NCBI GenBank assembly: GCA_965221775.1
Contig: CBDCSU010000006.1
Span: forward strand, 640,001 to 704,000
Length of the DNA stretch: 64,000 nucleotides
Reading direction: 5' to 3'
From: Candidatus Latescibacterota bacterium
GTDB lineage: Bacteria > Latescibacterota > UBA2968 > UBA8231
Under the pieces are notes generated by a model. The model was not told the DNA's origin. It saw only the letters and a program-made list of their open reading frames with translations, and searched no databases. The translations under genes and the position numbers were made by a program. This document shows, piece by piece, positions 29,111 to 38,871 of this stretch; the first letter of the stretch is position 1; each line of letters starts with the position of its first letter.

Positions 29111-29244
29111 TATGTGCTCTGGGCTACAGATGCGGCGTGGGGCTGTGTGCCTCAGGCTACAGGCGGCACCCGCGCACACGCCGGCGGGTGTGTGCTTCAG
29201 GCCGCAGGAGCGCGGCGCGGGAGCCAGGTTGCCACGGGCCGCAG
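29111..29244. repeat. Four degenerate 19-bp direct repeats upstream of comM
   Basis: TATGTGCTCTGGGCTACAG(29111), TGTGTGCCTCAGGCTACAG(29144), TGTGTGCTTCAGGCCGCAG(29189), AGGTTGCCACGGGCCGCAG(29226). Confidence 0.65.
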
Positions 29245-29281
29245 ATGCAGGGCCCGGGCGCACGGGGCCGCGCCCGAGAAC

Positions 29282-30181
29282 TCAGCTCCGGCTGACGAAC
29301 CAGCGGACGGGGCAGCGGTAGCGGCGGTCCTCGAAGCCGAGGGTGTAGGGATCGCAGCGGCGGTAGACGACGACGCCGTCGGTGCGCAGCACCAGCCACC
29401 CCGAGTCCCAGTTGCCGCTGCGGTAGACCATGGGGACCGCCGGGGCGACGCGGATCACGGGGTGGGAGCCGGCGATGAACAGGCCTCCCTCGGTGTAGTG
29501 GTATCCCGACCCCGTCTGCACGAACAGCTCGTGGGCGAGCCCGTCCGAGGGCAGGTCGGCGCACAACCCCGCGACGCCGACCTTGACGGCGCAGCCGGCG
29601 GCGAAGGCCTGGCCGAGGGCTGCCAGCGACCCGGAGCGCACCGCCCCGTCGGCGTCGTGGGCGAGCACCTCCCTCCAGCGGTCGTTCACGCAGTAGCGGA
29701 AGGAGTCGAAGTCGTACACGAAGTTGTGGCTCGGGGCGTTGGTGCCGCCGTCCCAGAAATCGGCGGCGTGATACTTCGGCATCTCCGGCCCCTCGGGGGA
29801 GGAGGGACCCGGCGCCGCGGCGGCCGGCCCGTCGAGATGGAGCCGCGCGATCGCCTGCGTGCCGTCCTGGTTGTAGAGGAAGTAGGACATGGACGGCCGC
29901 GGCCCGAAGCCTTCGGGCAGGTCCACCGGCTGGCGCAGGCTCATGATGCCGGCGCACCAGCGGTCGTCCACGAGATGGGTGACGGCGAACTCGGCGGCCT
30001 CGCGCACGAGGTCGGAGCAGTCCGAGTCGACGTCGATGTGCTCGTCGTGGCGGAACTCGGTGAGGATGCGCAGGTCGGCGCCGGCCCTCACCGCGTCGGC
30101 GAGCTGGTTCGGGCTGCCGCCGGTGATCCGGCGTTCGGAGTCGAGAGTGAGGGCTTCGTGCCAGTTGGTCATGGGGCTCAC
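29282..30181 (-). CDS. Hypothetical protein with a two-fold internal repeat
   Basis: W.E.L..D......GS...L..A..AG occurs twice; host-like codon usage. Confidence 0.75.
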   Translation of the reverse strand: MSPMTNWHEALTLDSERRITGGSPNQLADAVRAGADLRILTEFRHDEHIDVDSDCSDLVREAAEFAVTHLVDDRWCAGIMSLRQPVDLPEGFGPRPSMSYFLYNQDGTQAIARLHLDGPAAAAPGPSSPEGPEMPKYHAADFWDGGTNAPSHNFVYDFDSFRYCVNDRWREVLAHDADGAVRSGSLAALGQAFAAGCAVKVGVAGLCADLPSDGLAHELFVQTGSGYHYTEGGLFIAGSHPVIRVAPAVPMVYRSGNWDSGWLVLRTDGVVVYRRCDPYTLGFEDRRYRCPVRWFVSRS

Positions 30182-31431
30182 AGTCGAAGATAGCCGACGT
30201 TGTGGATTCCGTCCTTCCCGCCCCTGCCCTCCGGGCCGCCTTTCCCCCGGTCGGAGGCGGCCCTGGCCTTCAGCTGCCCCTCGTCCAGGCCCAGGCGGGC
30301 CTGCACGGCGCCGATCTGCTCCGGTGTGCAGACGATCCGGCCGAGGTTGTGGACCTTGTGCAGCCGGTCGGCCAGGACCTGGGGGTCGATGTCGGCGGCG
30401 ATCCGCAGATCACCGCGCACCAGCAGCGTCGCCTTGCCGTCCAGCCACTCGAAGCGGGACGGGAGCAGCTCGGCCTTGTCCTCGATGTGCCACAGCTCCC
30501 CTTCGTAGAACACGGCCCTGGTCTGCAGCAGGTCGCAGCGGGCGGCCAGCGATCCCTCGAGGTGGGCCGGGGCGATGAGCACCCGTCTGGCCTGAAGCGC
30601 CTCCAGCGCATCCTCCAGGGGGGCGGCCTCGACCTCCGAATCGAACTCCACCAGCCCGGTGCAGTAGAGCCGGGGTCCCGGCAGCGATCCCAAGGCCGCC
30701 TGGTCCAAGCGCAGCCGACCGTCCACGGGCTCGAAGCCGGCGGGGACGGTGGAGGTCTTCGGCGAGGGACTGCGGTCGTGCAGGCGCGAGCGCAGCGCCG
30801 CCAGGCTCTCCTCGCGGCAGTGGAGCCGGCCGCCGATGTAGAGGGACGCCACCTTGCGCCGCAGCAGCTCGTCGTCCAGCACCTCGGGAGCGCTGACGTC
30901 ATCGATGGCGACGACGTGGGAGCCGTCCTCCAATGCCTCGAGGAAGGGATCGTCCAGGGTGACCTCCTCCGCGAAGAAGCGGCCCCCTTCCACCCAGGGA
31001 TAGGCGCTCAGCTGACCCGTGACCTCGCGCGCCTTGGACCGCAGGACGCCGGCCAGATGGTCCGGGCAGCTGACCTCGCCGACGACGGTCAGGCTGTGCA
31101 GCCTCTCTTCCAGCGCCTCGCGGGGGACATGCGGGTCCAGGAGGAGCGCGCCGACAACCACCATGTGGAGAGGCTCCTCACCCTCCATGGAGGTCCGGCC
31201 CCACGTCTCGGTACCCGTCAGCACGGATGCGCCGATGGGTACCTGCACGGTGGAGCCGATATTCCCCGCGTTCAGCCTGGAGATCCACCCGGCCGTCGCC
31301 GACGAGTGGAGGATCATCCCCACGTTGCCGATGGTGCCGATCCCGTCGAGGGCCTCTTCCGTCGCCTCGCGAATGTCGAGGATGCCGACGTTGCCGAGGG
31401 CCTTGCCCGCCGGGGGCTGTTCGGAACTCAT
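30178..31431 (-). CDS. Hypothetical protein following the ECF sigma factor
   Basis: GGAG SD; recurrent NVG/NIG/NLG motifs; no TM helix. Confidence 0.75.
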   Translation of the reverse strand: MSSEQPPAGKALGNVGILDIREATEEALDGIGTIGNVGMILHSSATAGWISRLNAGNIGSTVQVPIGASVLTGTETWGRTSMEGEEPLHMVVVGALLLDPHVPREALEERLHSLTVVGEVSCPDHLAGVLRSKAREVTGQLSAYPWVEGGRFFAEEVTLDDPFLEALEDGSHVVAIDDVSAPEVLDDELLRRKVASLYIGGRLHCREESLAALRSRLHDRSPSPKTSTVPAGFEPVDGRLRLDQAALGSLPGPRLYCTGLVEFDSEVEAAPLEDALEALQARRVLIAPAHLEGSLAARCDLLQTRAVFYEGELWHIEDKAELLPSRFEWLDGKATLLVRGDLRIAADIDPQVLADRLHKVHNLGRIVCTPEQIGAVQARLGLDEGQLKARAASDRGKGGPEGRGGKDGIHNVGYLRL

Positions 31432-31459
31432 GGTCTCTTCTCCTTGGTCTCGTCCCGCC

Positions 31460-31930
31460 TCAGAGGAAGCGGTGCTTGTGGGCCCGCATGCGGCGGACCG
31501 CCCGGTGCAGACGCCAGCGGACGGTGCCGGGAGGCAGGTCCAGCTCGGCCGCGATCTCGACGCTGGAGAGGCCCTGCCGGTAGCGCATCTCCAGCAGCTC
31601 GCGGTCCTCGGCCGGCGCCAGATCGAAGGGATCGAAGCCGTCGTCCTCCTCGGGCTCGACCGCCGCGGGGACCTCGCGCCCGTAGACCTCCAGGAGGGCG
31701 GCCTGCCGCTGCCGCTCCGCCCGCCGGTCGAGGAACAGCCGCTTCAGGGTCCGCCGCAGCCAGGCGAGCCGCTGGTGCCGGTTCAGCTGCGCCAGCAGCA
31801 GCCGGTGGCCCAGGGCGCGGACGAAGGTCTCCTGCACCAGGTCCTCGGCGGCGCCGGTGTCCCGCGTCAGGCGCAACGCCTGCCGCTGCAGGCTCTCCTC
31901 GTGCTCCTCGTAGAGGCCGTCGATCGTCAT
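31460..31930 (-). CDS. ECF RNA polymerase sigma factor
   Basis: AEDLVQETFVRAL; EIAAELDLPPGTVRWRLHRA. Confidence 0.9.
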   Translation of the reverse strand: MTIDGLYEEHEESLQRQALRLTRDTGAAEDLVQETFVRALGHRLLLAQLNRHQRLAWLRRTLKRLFLDRRAERQRQAALLEVYGREVPAAVEPEEDDGFDPFDLAPAEDRELLEMRYRQGLSSVEIAAELDLPPGTVRWRLHRAVRRMRAHKHRFL

Positions 31931-32052
31931 CCGGGGCGTCTGCTCTCACACCCTTTATGACGGACCACCAGGGCCTGGCGTTGGGATCTTGTCGGACAAG
32001 GACCTCGTGGCGTTATTCGGAGCGGATCCTCCTCAACCCCGGAGGCTGCACC

Positions 32053-32223
32053 ATGAAGAATGAGTTCACGGCGATCATCGAAGAGGACGGGGACTGGTTC
32101 ATCGCCTGGTGCCCCGAGATCCCCGGGGCCAACGGTCAAGGCCGAACCAGGGACGAAGTGCGCGCGAACCTGGCCGAGGCCATTTCGCTCATCCTCGAAG
32201 ACCGTCGGTCCGCGCCCCACTGA
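32053..32223 (+). CDS. HicB-family antitoxin, short and orphan
   Basis: FTAIIEEDGDWFIAWCPEIPGANGQG.T.DE...NL.EAI; no hicA adjacent. Confidence 0.8.
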   Translation: MKNEFTAIIEEDGDWFIAWCPEIPGANGQGRTRDEVRANLAEAISLILEDRRSAPH

Positions 32224-32283
32224 AGTCTGCCGCGGCCTGTCGGTGCCCGAGGTCGGGGTCCGATAGTCGCGGCCGCCAGGCGC

Positions 32284-33222
32284 TCACAACTCCACCCTCT
32301 CGATCGGTCCGAAGACCTCCGCCAGGACCCGCCCCACCGCCTCCCGCTCCTCGGGGGTGGCCTCTGCCCAGGTGCCGCCGAGGCGGTCCGAGGGCTGCAG
32401 GCCGTGCAGGAACAGGGCGGTCTTGATCGCCCGCAGCCAGCCGATCTCCACGGCCGCCGCCAGCCAGCGGTCCTCCCAGCGGGCCACCGCCCGCCAGGCG
32501 CCGTCGTAGTCGCCTCTCGTGAGGGTGTCGTGGAAGGCCAGGGCCACGTCCGGGCGGAAGGGGGCGGCGGTGCACAGGTACCCGGCGGAGCCCAGTTGGT
32601 GGCCGAGGACGAAGTTGCGCATCTGGCCGCCGCTGAGGACGGCGAACTCCTCGTCCTTCGTGGCCCGGCACAGGTCGTAGTAGTCGTAGAAGGGGTGGTC
32701 GTCGTTCTTCAGGCCCACGACGCGCTCCCGCCCGGCCATCTCCGCCACCAGCTCCACGGGCAGCGACGGCCCGCCGCCGCTGTTCAGCCACAGGAGCAAG
32801 GGGATCGTCGAGCCCGCACCGGCCTCGTCGAAGTAGGCGCGCAGCAGCTCCGCCTTGCGGTCCCCGGCGCCGGAGAGGCCCCACGGGTTGATCTGCACCT
32901 TCACGGCGTCGGCGCCGACCTCCTGGGCGTGGCGCAGGAAGGGGGCGCAGACCTTGGCCGGCCAGAAGGCGGAGGAGGTGACGAAGCAGGCGCGCCCGGC
33001 GACGCTCTCGGCGATCACTGCCGTGAGCCGGTAGACGTCGTCGTCGGAGAGCCAGGCGTACTCGCTGCTGCCGTAGGTGAGCAGCAGCACCGGCACCCCC
33101 CGGGCGCACAGCCAGTCGGCGTAGCGGCCCATGGCCGGCAGGTCGACCTCGCCGGCGGCGGTGAAGCAGACGTTCAGCGGGACGACGGGTCCGCGCAGGC
33201 GTTCGGCGACGCTGGGTGCCAT
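32284..33222 (-). CDS. Dihydrodipicolinate synthase/NAL family protein
   Basis: GPVVP...F...GEVD; VVGLK. Confidence 0.85.
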   Translation of the reverse strand: MAPSVAERLRGPVVPLNVCFTAAGEVDLPAMGRYADWLCARGVPVLLLTYGSSEYAWLSDDDVYRLTAVIAESVAGRACFVTSSAFWPAKVCAPFLRHAQEVGADAVKVQINPWGLSGAGDRKAELLRAYFDEAGAGSTIPLLLWLNSGGGPSLPVELVAEMAGRERVVGLKNDDHPFYDYYDLCRATKDEEFAVLSGGQMRNFVLGHQLGSAGYLCTAAPFRPDVALAFHDTLTRGDYDGAWRAVARWEDRWLAAAVEIGWLRAIKTALFLHGLQPSDRLGGTWAEATPEEREAVGRVLAEVFGPIERVEL

Positions 33223-33254
33223 GATCTCGCTCCTGGGTTGGTGTTGGTTCGGCC

Positions 33255-33433
33255 GGGTCCGCGCCGGCTGGCGCGAGTTGGGAATTGCGCGACTCAGCGG
33301 CGTGCGTGTGATCCGGAGTCCCGGCGGGCGCTCAGGGCCTCTCGCCGAGCGATTCGGTAGATGCGTGACTCGGCGGCGCGCTTCCGGGAGCCGGGATCCG
33401 GCTGGCGCTCAGGGTCCCCGCGCCGGCTGGCGA
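33255..33433. repeat. Degenerate ~76-bp tandem repeat (~2.3 copies)
   Basis: TGCGYGACTCRGCGGCGYGC...CCGGCKGGCGCTCAGGG at 33286 and 33362. Confidence 0.55.
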
Positions 33434-33521
33434 GCCGGAGGAAGTTGCCAGCGGCGCCCGTGCGATCGGGGACCCCCCGGCGCACCGATGGCGTCCGGCT
33501 CGGCCCAACGCGGAGCCGGCC

Positions 33522-34925
33522 TCAGCCGGCCCACTCCATCTGTTGCCAGAACTCGGCGCCCTGCCCCTCCTGGTCGTCGCCGAGGTCGCGCCGCCACGCG
33601 GTCAACTCCCGCCGGAGACCGGCCACCACCTCCGCCCGGGCCGGATCGCCGCACAGGTCCCGGGTCTCGAAGGGATCGTCCGCCACGTCGAAGAGCTGCG
33701 TATGCCGCTGCCCCGCGGCGGCGGTCTCGATGAGCTTGTTCCCCGCCGCGTCGCGGACTCCCCGCATGAAGTGGCGGTAGGCGAAGAGGGCGTGATCGCG
33801 CACGGCGGCGCTGCCGTCGGCCAGACAGGGCGCCAGGCTGGGGGCCTCCACCGAGCCGGGCCTGTCGACGCCGGTCAGGTCGCACAGGGTCGGGAAGATG
33901 TCGGTGAGGCAGGCCAGGGCCGACCGCCGCTCCCCCGCGGGAACGCCGGGGCCGGCGAAGATCAGGGGCACCCGCACCGAGTGCTCGTAGAGGCTCTGCT
34001 TGCCCATGAGCCCGTGCTGGCCCACGGCGAGGCCGTTGTCGCCGGCGAAGACGACCACCGTGTCCTCGGCCAGGCCGGCGCGCTCGAGCTGATGGAGGAC
34101 GCGGCCCACGTGCGCGTCGATGTGGCTGATCATGGCGTAGTAGGCGGCCAGGTGCCCGCGGACCTCGTCCTCGCCGCGCGGGAAACCCGCCAGCAGCTCG
34201 TCGCGGACGAGCAGCTCGCCGTTGTCGAAGGGGTGCTCCGGCCGGAAGCTGGGCGGCAGCTCGACCTCGCCGGGCGGGTACATCTCGAGGAACTCCGGCG
34301 GCATGGTGCGCGGGTCGTGGGGCGCCAGGAAGGAGAGGTAGGCGAAGAACGGGGCGTCCCCGGGGCGCCGGCTGCGCAGGAAGTGGATGACGGCGTCGGA
34401 GAACAGCTCGGTGGAGTGGACGCCGGGGCGCATGTGGTCCCCCCGGCGCCGCGAGACGGACTGGGCCCGGAAGTCCGTGGTCTGGGGCATGTGCCCCTCG
34501 TAGCGGCCGGAGGGATCGAACTGGAAGACCGGCACGTTCCAGTGGTCGCCCATGCCGCCGAAGTAGATCTCGGCCCCGTGGGAGAAGGAGCGGACGAAGG
34601 GCTCCGTCGAGTTGTGCCACTTCCCGGTCCCGAAGGTGTCGTACCCGGCCCGACGCAGGCTCTCGCCGAGCATGGCGTGATCGGAGGGGATCGTCTGGCC
34701 CTCGCCCTGGATGCGGTAGAGGGACCGACCCGTGTGCAGCATGGCGCGGCTGGGCATGCACACGGCCTGGCGGGAGCCGCCCATGATGTAGGCGTCGGTG
34801 AAGGCGGTCCCCGAGGCGCAGAGACGGTCGAGATGGGGGGTGATGACGGGACCGCCCAGGGCGCCGATCGTGTCGAAGCGCTGGTCGTCGGTGAAGAACA
34901 GGAGGATGTTGGGGCGGTCGGTCAT
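33522..34925 (-). CDS. Formylglycine-dependent sulfatase
   Basis: PNILLFFTDDQR, CMPSR, GKWHN, PHDP, DNG. Confidence 0.95.
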   Translation of the reverse strand: MTDRPNILLFFTDDQRFDTIGALGGPVITPHLDRLCASGTAFTDAYIMGGSRQAVCMPSRAMLHTGRSLYRIQGEGQTIPSDHAMLGESLRRAGYDTFGTGKWHNSTEPFVRSFSHGAEIYFGGMGDHWNVPVFQFDPSGRYEGHMPQTTDFRAQSVSRRRGDHMRPGVHSTELFSDAVIHFLRSRRPGDAPFFAYLSFLAPHDPRTMPPEFLEMYPPGEVELPPSFRPEHPFDNGELLVRDELLAGFPRGEDEVRGHLAAYYAMISHIDAHVGRVLHQLERAGLAEDTVVVFAGDNGLAVGQHGLMGKQSLYEHSVRVPLIFAGPGVPAGERRSALACLTDIFPTLCDLTGVDRPGSVEAPSLAPCLADGSAAVRDHALFAYRHFMRGVRDAAGNKLIETAAAGQRHTQLFDVADDPFETRDLCGDPARAEVVAGLRRELTAWRRDLGDDQEGQGAEFWQQMEWAG

Positions 34926-34963
34926 GGCGAGTATGTTTCCGGCTGGCGAAAGGTAGAGAGAGG

Positions 34964-35833
34964 ATGGAGCGCAGGCGATTCGGAAGCACCGACCTGGAGC
35001 TGAGCGTCATGGGCCTCGGCGGGCTGCTGGCCCGCTTCGAGGGCGCCGAGGGCCACCCGCCCCCGGAGGAGAAGCGCGCCATCTACCTGAGGGCCGCCGA
35101 GCTCGGCGTCAACCTCTTCGACATGGGCTACGGCGACGAGGTGCACATCCCCGACGAGCTGAAAGGCCCCGGCGGCGACCACCACTTCTCGCTCAAGGTG
35201 GGCGACCCCGACCCGGCGACCCTGGCCCGGGTTGTGGAGGGCCACCTGGGCAACGTGCGCCGCGAGGCGATCGACATCCTGCGCGTCCATTGCCGCTCCT
35301 GGGTGACGAACCCCGCCGTGCGCGAGGCCACCGACGCCCTGAGACAGGCCGGCAAGGTGCGGGCCCTCTGCCTGATCCGCCACCACGAGGTCGACCAGGA
35401 GGCCTATGCGGAGCGCGGGCCCGAGCCGGAGGCCGAGGGCGACCTGGTGATCTACAACTACGTCCGCCGCACCCAGGAGCCCGGCCTGGCGCTCTCCCGG
35501 GCGGCGGGCAAGGGCGTGCTGATCATGAAGGCCCTGGGCGGCCAGTGGCTGCCCTGGGAGGCCCAGACGCGCACCGACTGGTCCACCGCCGACCGCGAGG
35601 AGGTGATCCGCCTGGCGCCGCGGGGCGAGCCGACGCGGGCCGACCTCGACCTGATCTACCCCATCGTCAACGGGCCCTGGCACGAGTTGTGCGAGCCGGG
35701 CGAGGTGGCGCCGCCCACGAACCGCGCCATCGGCTGGGTCCAGCAGCACCCCGCCGTGACCTGCGTGCTCGTCGCCTTCGCCAGTGTCGCCGAGCTCGAG
35801 GAGGGCGTCGGCGTGGGCGTGGAGGTCGTCTGA
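34964..35833 (+). CDS. Aldo/keto reductase family protein
   Basis: R.FG.TDL.LS.MGLG; GVNLFD; IDILRVH; GKVRA. Confidence 0.8.
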   Translation: MERRRFGSTDLELSVMGLGGLLARFEGAEGHPPPEEKRAIYLRAAELGVNLFDMGYGDEVHIPDELKGPGGDHHFSLKVGDPDPATLARVVEGHLGNVRREAIDILRVHCRSWVTNPAVREATDALRQAGKVRALCLIRHHEVDQEAYAERGPEPEAEGDLVIYNYVRRTQEPGLALSRAAGKGVLIMKALGGQWLPWEAQTRTDWSTADREEVIRLAPRGEPTRADLDLIYPIVNGPWHELCEPGEVAPPTNRAIGWVQQHPAVTCVLVAFASVAELEEGVGVGVEVV

Positions 35834-36744
35834 TGGCGCGCTTCGAGGGGCTGTGGCCGGTGATGCTCACCGCCTTCCGCGACGACGGCTCCGTCGACGA
35901 CGACGGGGTCGACGCCCTCGTCGACTTCTACATCGACGGTGGCTCGAAGGGCCTCTTCGCGGTCTGCCAGTCGAGCGAGATGTACCGCCTCTCCGACGAC
36001 GAGCGGCTGGCCCTGGCGGCGCGGGTGGTGGCGCGCGCCGGCGGCCGGGTGCCGGTGGTGGCCACCGGCACTTTCGGCGGCCCCGTGGCTGCCCAGGCCG
36101 AATTCGTGCGCCGCATGGCGGGGACCGGCGTCGACGCGGTGGTGGTGCTGACGAACCAGCTGTGCCCGCAAGAGGCCGGCGAGCCGGTGCTGCTGGCCGC
36201 GCTGGAGCAGCTCGTCGAGGCCACAGATCCGCTCCCCCTCGGCCTCTACGAGTGCCCGGAGCCCTGCCACCGCGTGACCTCGCCGGGCTTGGTGGCCCGG
36301 GCGGCGGCCAGCGGCCGCTTCCGCTACATGAAGGACACCTCGCGCGACCCCGCCCTCTTCGGTCCCAAGGCCGAGGCCGCCGCCGCCGACCCGGGGTTCG
36401 CCATGTTCAACGCCGCCGCCGCCTCGGCCCTGGCGTCGCTGCGGCTCGGCGCCGCCGGCCTGTCGCCGGTGGCCGCCAACGTCTACCCGGATCTGTTCGC
36501 GTGGCTGTGCGACAACCCCGGCCACGAGAAAGCGGCCTGGGTGCAGCGGCGGCTGACGCTGTTGGATTCGGTGGTGAAACTGAAATACCCGCAGTCGGCC
36601 AAGCACTACCTGGCCCGCGAGGGTCTGCCCATCGGCCCGCGGACGCGGGTCGGCGAGCACTCCCGCGACGGGTACGACGAGTTGATCCACGACGCCCTGC
36701 GCCAGACCGTCTCCGAAGTGCGGGCCGAGCTCGGCCTGGCCTGA
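35833..36744 (+). CDS. Dihydrodipicolinate synthase family protein
   Basis: GLWPVMLTAF, CQSSEM, GLYECP, KDTS. Confidence 0.9.
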   Translation: MARFEGLWPVMLTAFRDDGSVDDDGVDALVDFYIDGGSKGLFAVCQSSEMYRLSDDERLALAARVVARAGGRVPVVATGTFGGPVAAQAEFVRRMAGTGVDAVVVLTNQLCPQEAGEPVLLAALEQLVEATDPLPLGLYECPEPCHRVTSPGLVARAAASGRFRYMKDTSRDPALFGPKAEAAAADPGFAMFNAAAASALASLRLGAAGLSPVAANVYPDLFAWLCDNPGHEKAAWVQRRLTLLDSVVKLKYPQSAKHYLAREGLPIGPRTRVGEHSRDGYDELIHDALRQTVSEVRAELGLA

Positions 36745-36750
36745 GCCCCC

Positions 36751-37710
36751 TCAGCGCGCCTCACCCCCCGGCTCCGGGGGCGGCTGCAACTCCGCGAGGA
36801 ACTCTTCCAGCTCCTCCCAGATCCCCCCGGGCAGCTCCGCGGTGGCGTGGCCCAGGCAGGACTCCACCTCCGCCGCCGTCCGCGGTCCCACCAGGGTGGC
36901 GTCGATGCGGGGTTCCCGCAGGCTGAACTGCACGGCCGCGGCGCCCACGTCGAGATCTCTCTCCGCGCACCAGGCGGCGATCTGCCGGGCCCGTGCCACG
37001 TCCGCGTGCTCCGGCCTCCACCGGCGCGCCTCCCGGACCAGGTCGACGCCGGCGAGCAGGCCCGACTGGTAGGGGGAGCCGTTGATCACGCCCACGCCGG
37101 CCTCGGCGGCCTCGGCCAGCAGCGGCGCCGCCGACCTCCGGATGAGGTGGTAGTCGTACGAGGGCAGGATCACGTCGGCGCGGCCCGACTCCATGGCGCG
37201 GCGCAGGAAGCGGTGCGGGCGGACGCCGAGGCCGATGGCGCGGATCTCGCCGGCCGCCTTCAGTTCCTCCAGGGCGTCGAAGGCGCCCCCGGGGCCGAGG
37301 ATGGTGTCGATGTGCTCGTCGCTGGCGGGGTCGTGGACCAGGACCACGTCGACGGCGCCGAGCAGCTCGCGGCTGCCCTCGAAGCACCAGCGCACGTCGT
37401 CGGCCCCGTAGGCGTAGCGGCGCTCGGGATGGGTGCCCACCTTGGTCGACACGGTGAGGCCGGCGCGCACCCCCGGGTCGAGGGCCGCCAGCCCGGCGGC
37501 GAGATGGCGCTCGGAGAAGCCGTCGCCGTAGGCCGGCGAGGTGTCGAAGTAGCGCACCCCCAACTCGACGGCGCGCCTCACCGCCTCGACGCCGACCTCC
37601 TCGCACTGCGCCGGTGTCGCCTCCGGGTCCAGGAGCAGGCCGAGGAAGCCGCCCACGCCGAGGTTGGTGACCTCGATGCCGGTGCGGCCCAGAGTCTTCC
37701 TGGGCAGCAC
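36751..37710 (-). CDS. Aldo/keto reductase (sugar dehydrogenase-like)
   Basis: LGRTG, YFDTSPAYG, STKVG, VLVHDP. Confidence 0.9.
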   Translation of the reverse strand: MLPRKTLGRTGIEVTNLGVGGFLGLLLDPEATPAQCEEVGVEAVRRAVELGVRYFDTSPAYGDGFSERHLAAGLAALDPGVRAGLTVSTKVGTHPERRYAYGADDVRWCFEGSRELLGAVDVVLVHDPASDEHIDTILGPGGAFDALEELKAAGEIRAIGLGVRPHRFLRRAMESGRADVILPSYDYHLIRRSAAPLLAEAAEAGVGVINGSPYQSGLLAGVDLVREARRWRPEHADVARARQIAAWCAERDLDVGAAAVQFSLREPRIDATLVGPRTAAEVESCLGHATAELPGGIWEELEEFLAELQPPPEPGGEAR

Positions 37711-37714
37711 GGGA

Positions 37715-38800
37715 TCAGTCCTGCTCGACGGAGGCGGCGACGATGTTGGAGACCCGGCGCAGCAGGGCGCCGCCGTCGACCATCTGGTTGGTCAGACAGA
37801 CGCAGATCAGCCCCGAGTCGGGGTCGGCCCAGGCGACGGTGCCGGTGGCGCCCACGTGGCCGAAGGTGCGCGCCGAGACCTGCTCGCCGAAGTAGGCCCA
37901 CGACTTCGAGTCGCGCAGGGCCCAGCCCAGGCCCCAGGGGGACTCGAGATGGGGCGGGTTCTGGTCGCGGACCATGGCCGCGGCGGCGGCGCGGCTGAAG
38001 ACGCGGGCGCCCCCGTATTCCCCGCCGTCGAGCATGCACTGCAGCAGCGCCGCGAGATCGGGCCCGGTGGAGTGCATGCCGCCCCAGGGACAGCCGAAGT
38101 CGCGCCAGTACGGGGAGTTCGGCCCGAAGCGGCGGCCGTCGGCGTCGAGCTCCATGGAGGTGCCGCACCAGACCGTATCCTCGATGGCGTAGTCCCCCAG
38201 GCCGAGGCAGCTGCGCCCCATGCCCAGGGGCTCGAAGATCTCCCGGCGCTCGAAGTCGCGCAGGCCTTCGCCGGTGACGCGCTCGACGATCTCGGCGGCC
38301 AGCAGGATGCCCTTGCTCTGGTAGCGGAAGGCGGTGCGCGGCCGGAAGAGCAGCCTGGCGTGGACGGCGCCGTCCACGAACTCGGCCATGGTCGCGTGGC
38401 GGCGGCGCAGCAGCGTGTTCTGCGGCAGCATGTCGGGCAGGCCGGAGACGTGGGAGAGGACGTCGCGCACGCGGATGCGGGCCTTGTCCCAGCCGCGGAA
38501 CTCGGGGACGTGGAGCTGCACGGGGTCGTCGAGGGAGAGCCGCCCGCGGTCGACGAGAAGCATGACGGCGCAGGCGGTGACCGGCTTGGTGATGGAAGCC
38601 AGGAGGAAGGTGGAGTCCGCCTCCACGGCAGGGGCGCCCGGCTCCGGACGCAGGGTGCCGAAGCCGCGGGAGAGCACGAGGCGTCCGTGGCGGGCGACGG
38701 TGAGGCTGGCGGCGGTGACGCGGCCGGCGGCGACGCTGTCGGAGAGCAGGCCGGCGGCCCGGCCGAGGACGTCGGCGGAGAGGGTGGTCATCGGCATCAT
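37715..38800 (-). CDS. Beta-lactamase-family serine hydrolase
   Basis: SITK, LSHVSGL, FRY, FGHVGATG. Confidence 0.9.
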   Translation of the reverse strand: MMPMTTLSADVLGRAAGLLSDSVAAGRVTAASLTVARHGRLVLSRGFGTLRPEPGAPAVEADSTFLLASITKPVTACAVMLLVDRGRLSLDDPVQLHVPEFRGWDKARIRVRDVLSHVSGLPDMLPQNTLLRRRHATMAEFVDGAVHARLLFRPRTAFRYQSKGILLAAEIVERVTGEGLRDFERREIFEPLGMGRSCLGLGDYAIEDTVWCGTSMELDADGRRFGPNSPYWRDFGCPWGGMHSTGPDLAALLQCMLDGGEYGGARVFSRAAAAAMVRDQNPPHLESPWGLGWALRDSKSWAYFGEQVSARTFGHVGATGTVAWADPDSGLICVCLTNQMVDGGALLRRVSNIVAASVEQD

Positions 38801-38871
38801 CCCTTCGGGTTTCCCGAAGAGATAGGTGCGCCGGCCCGCGGGAACAACCCGGCAGCCGACGGTGCGATGCC

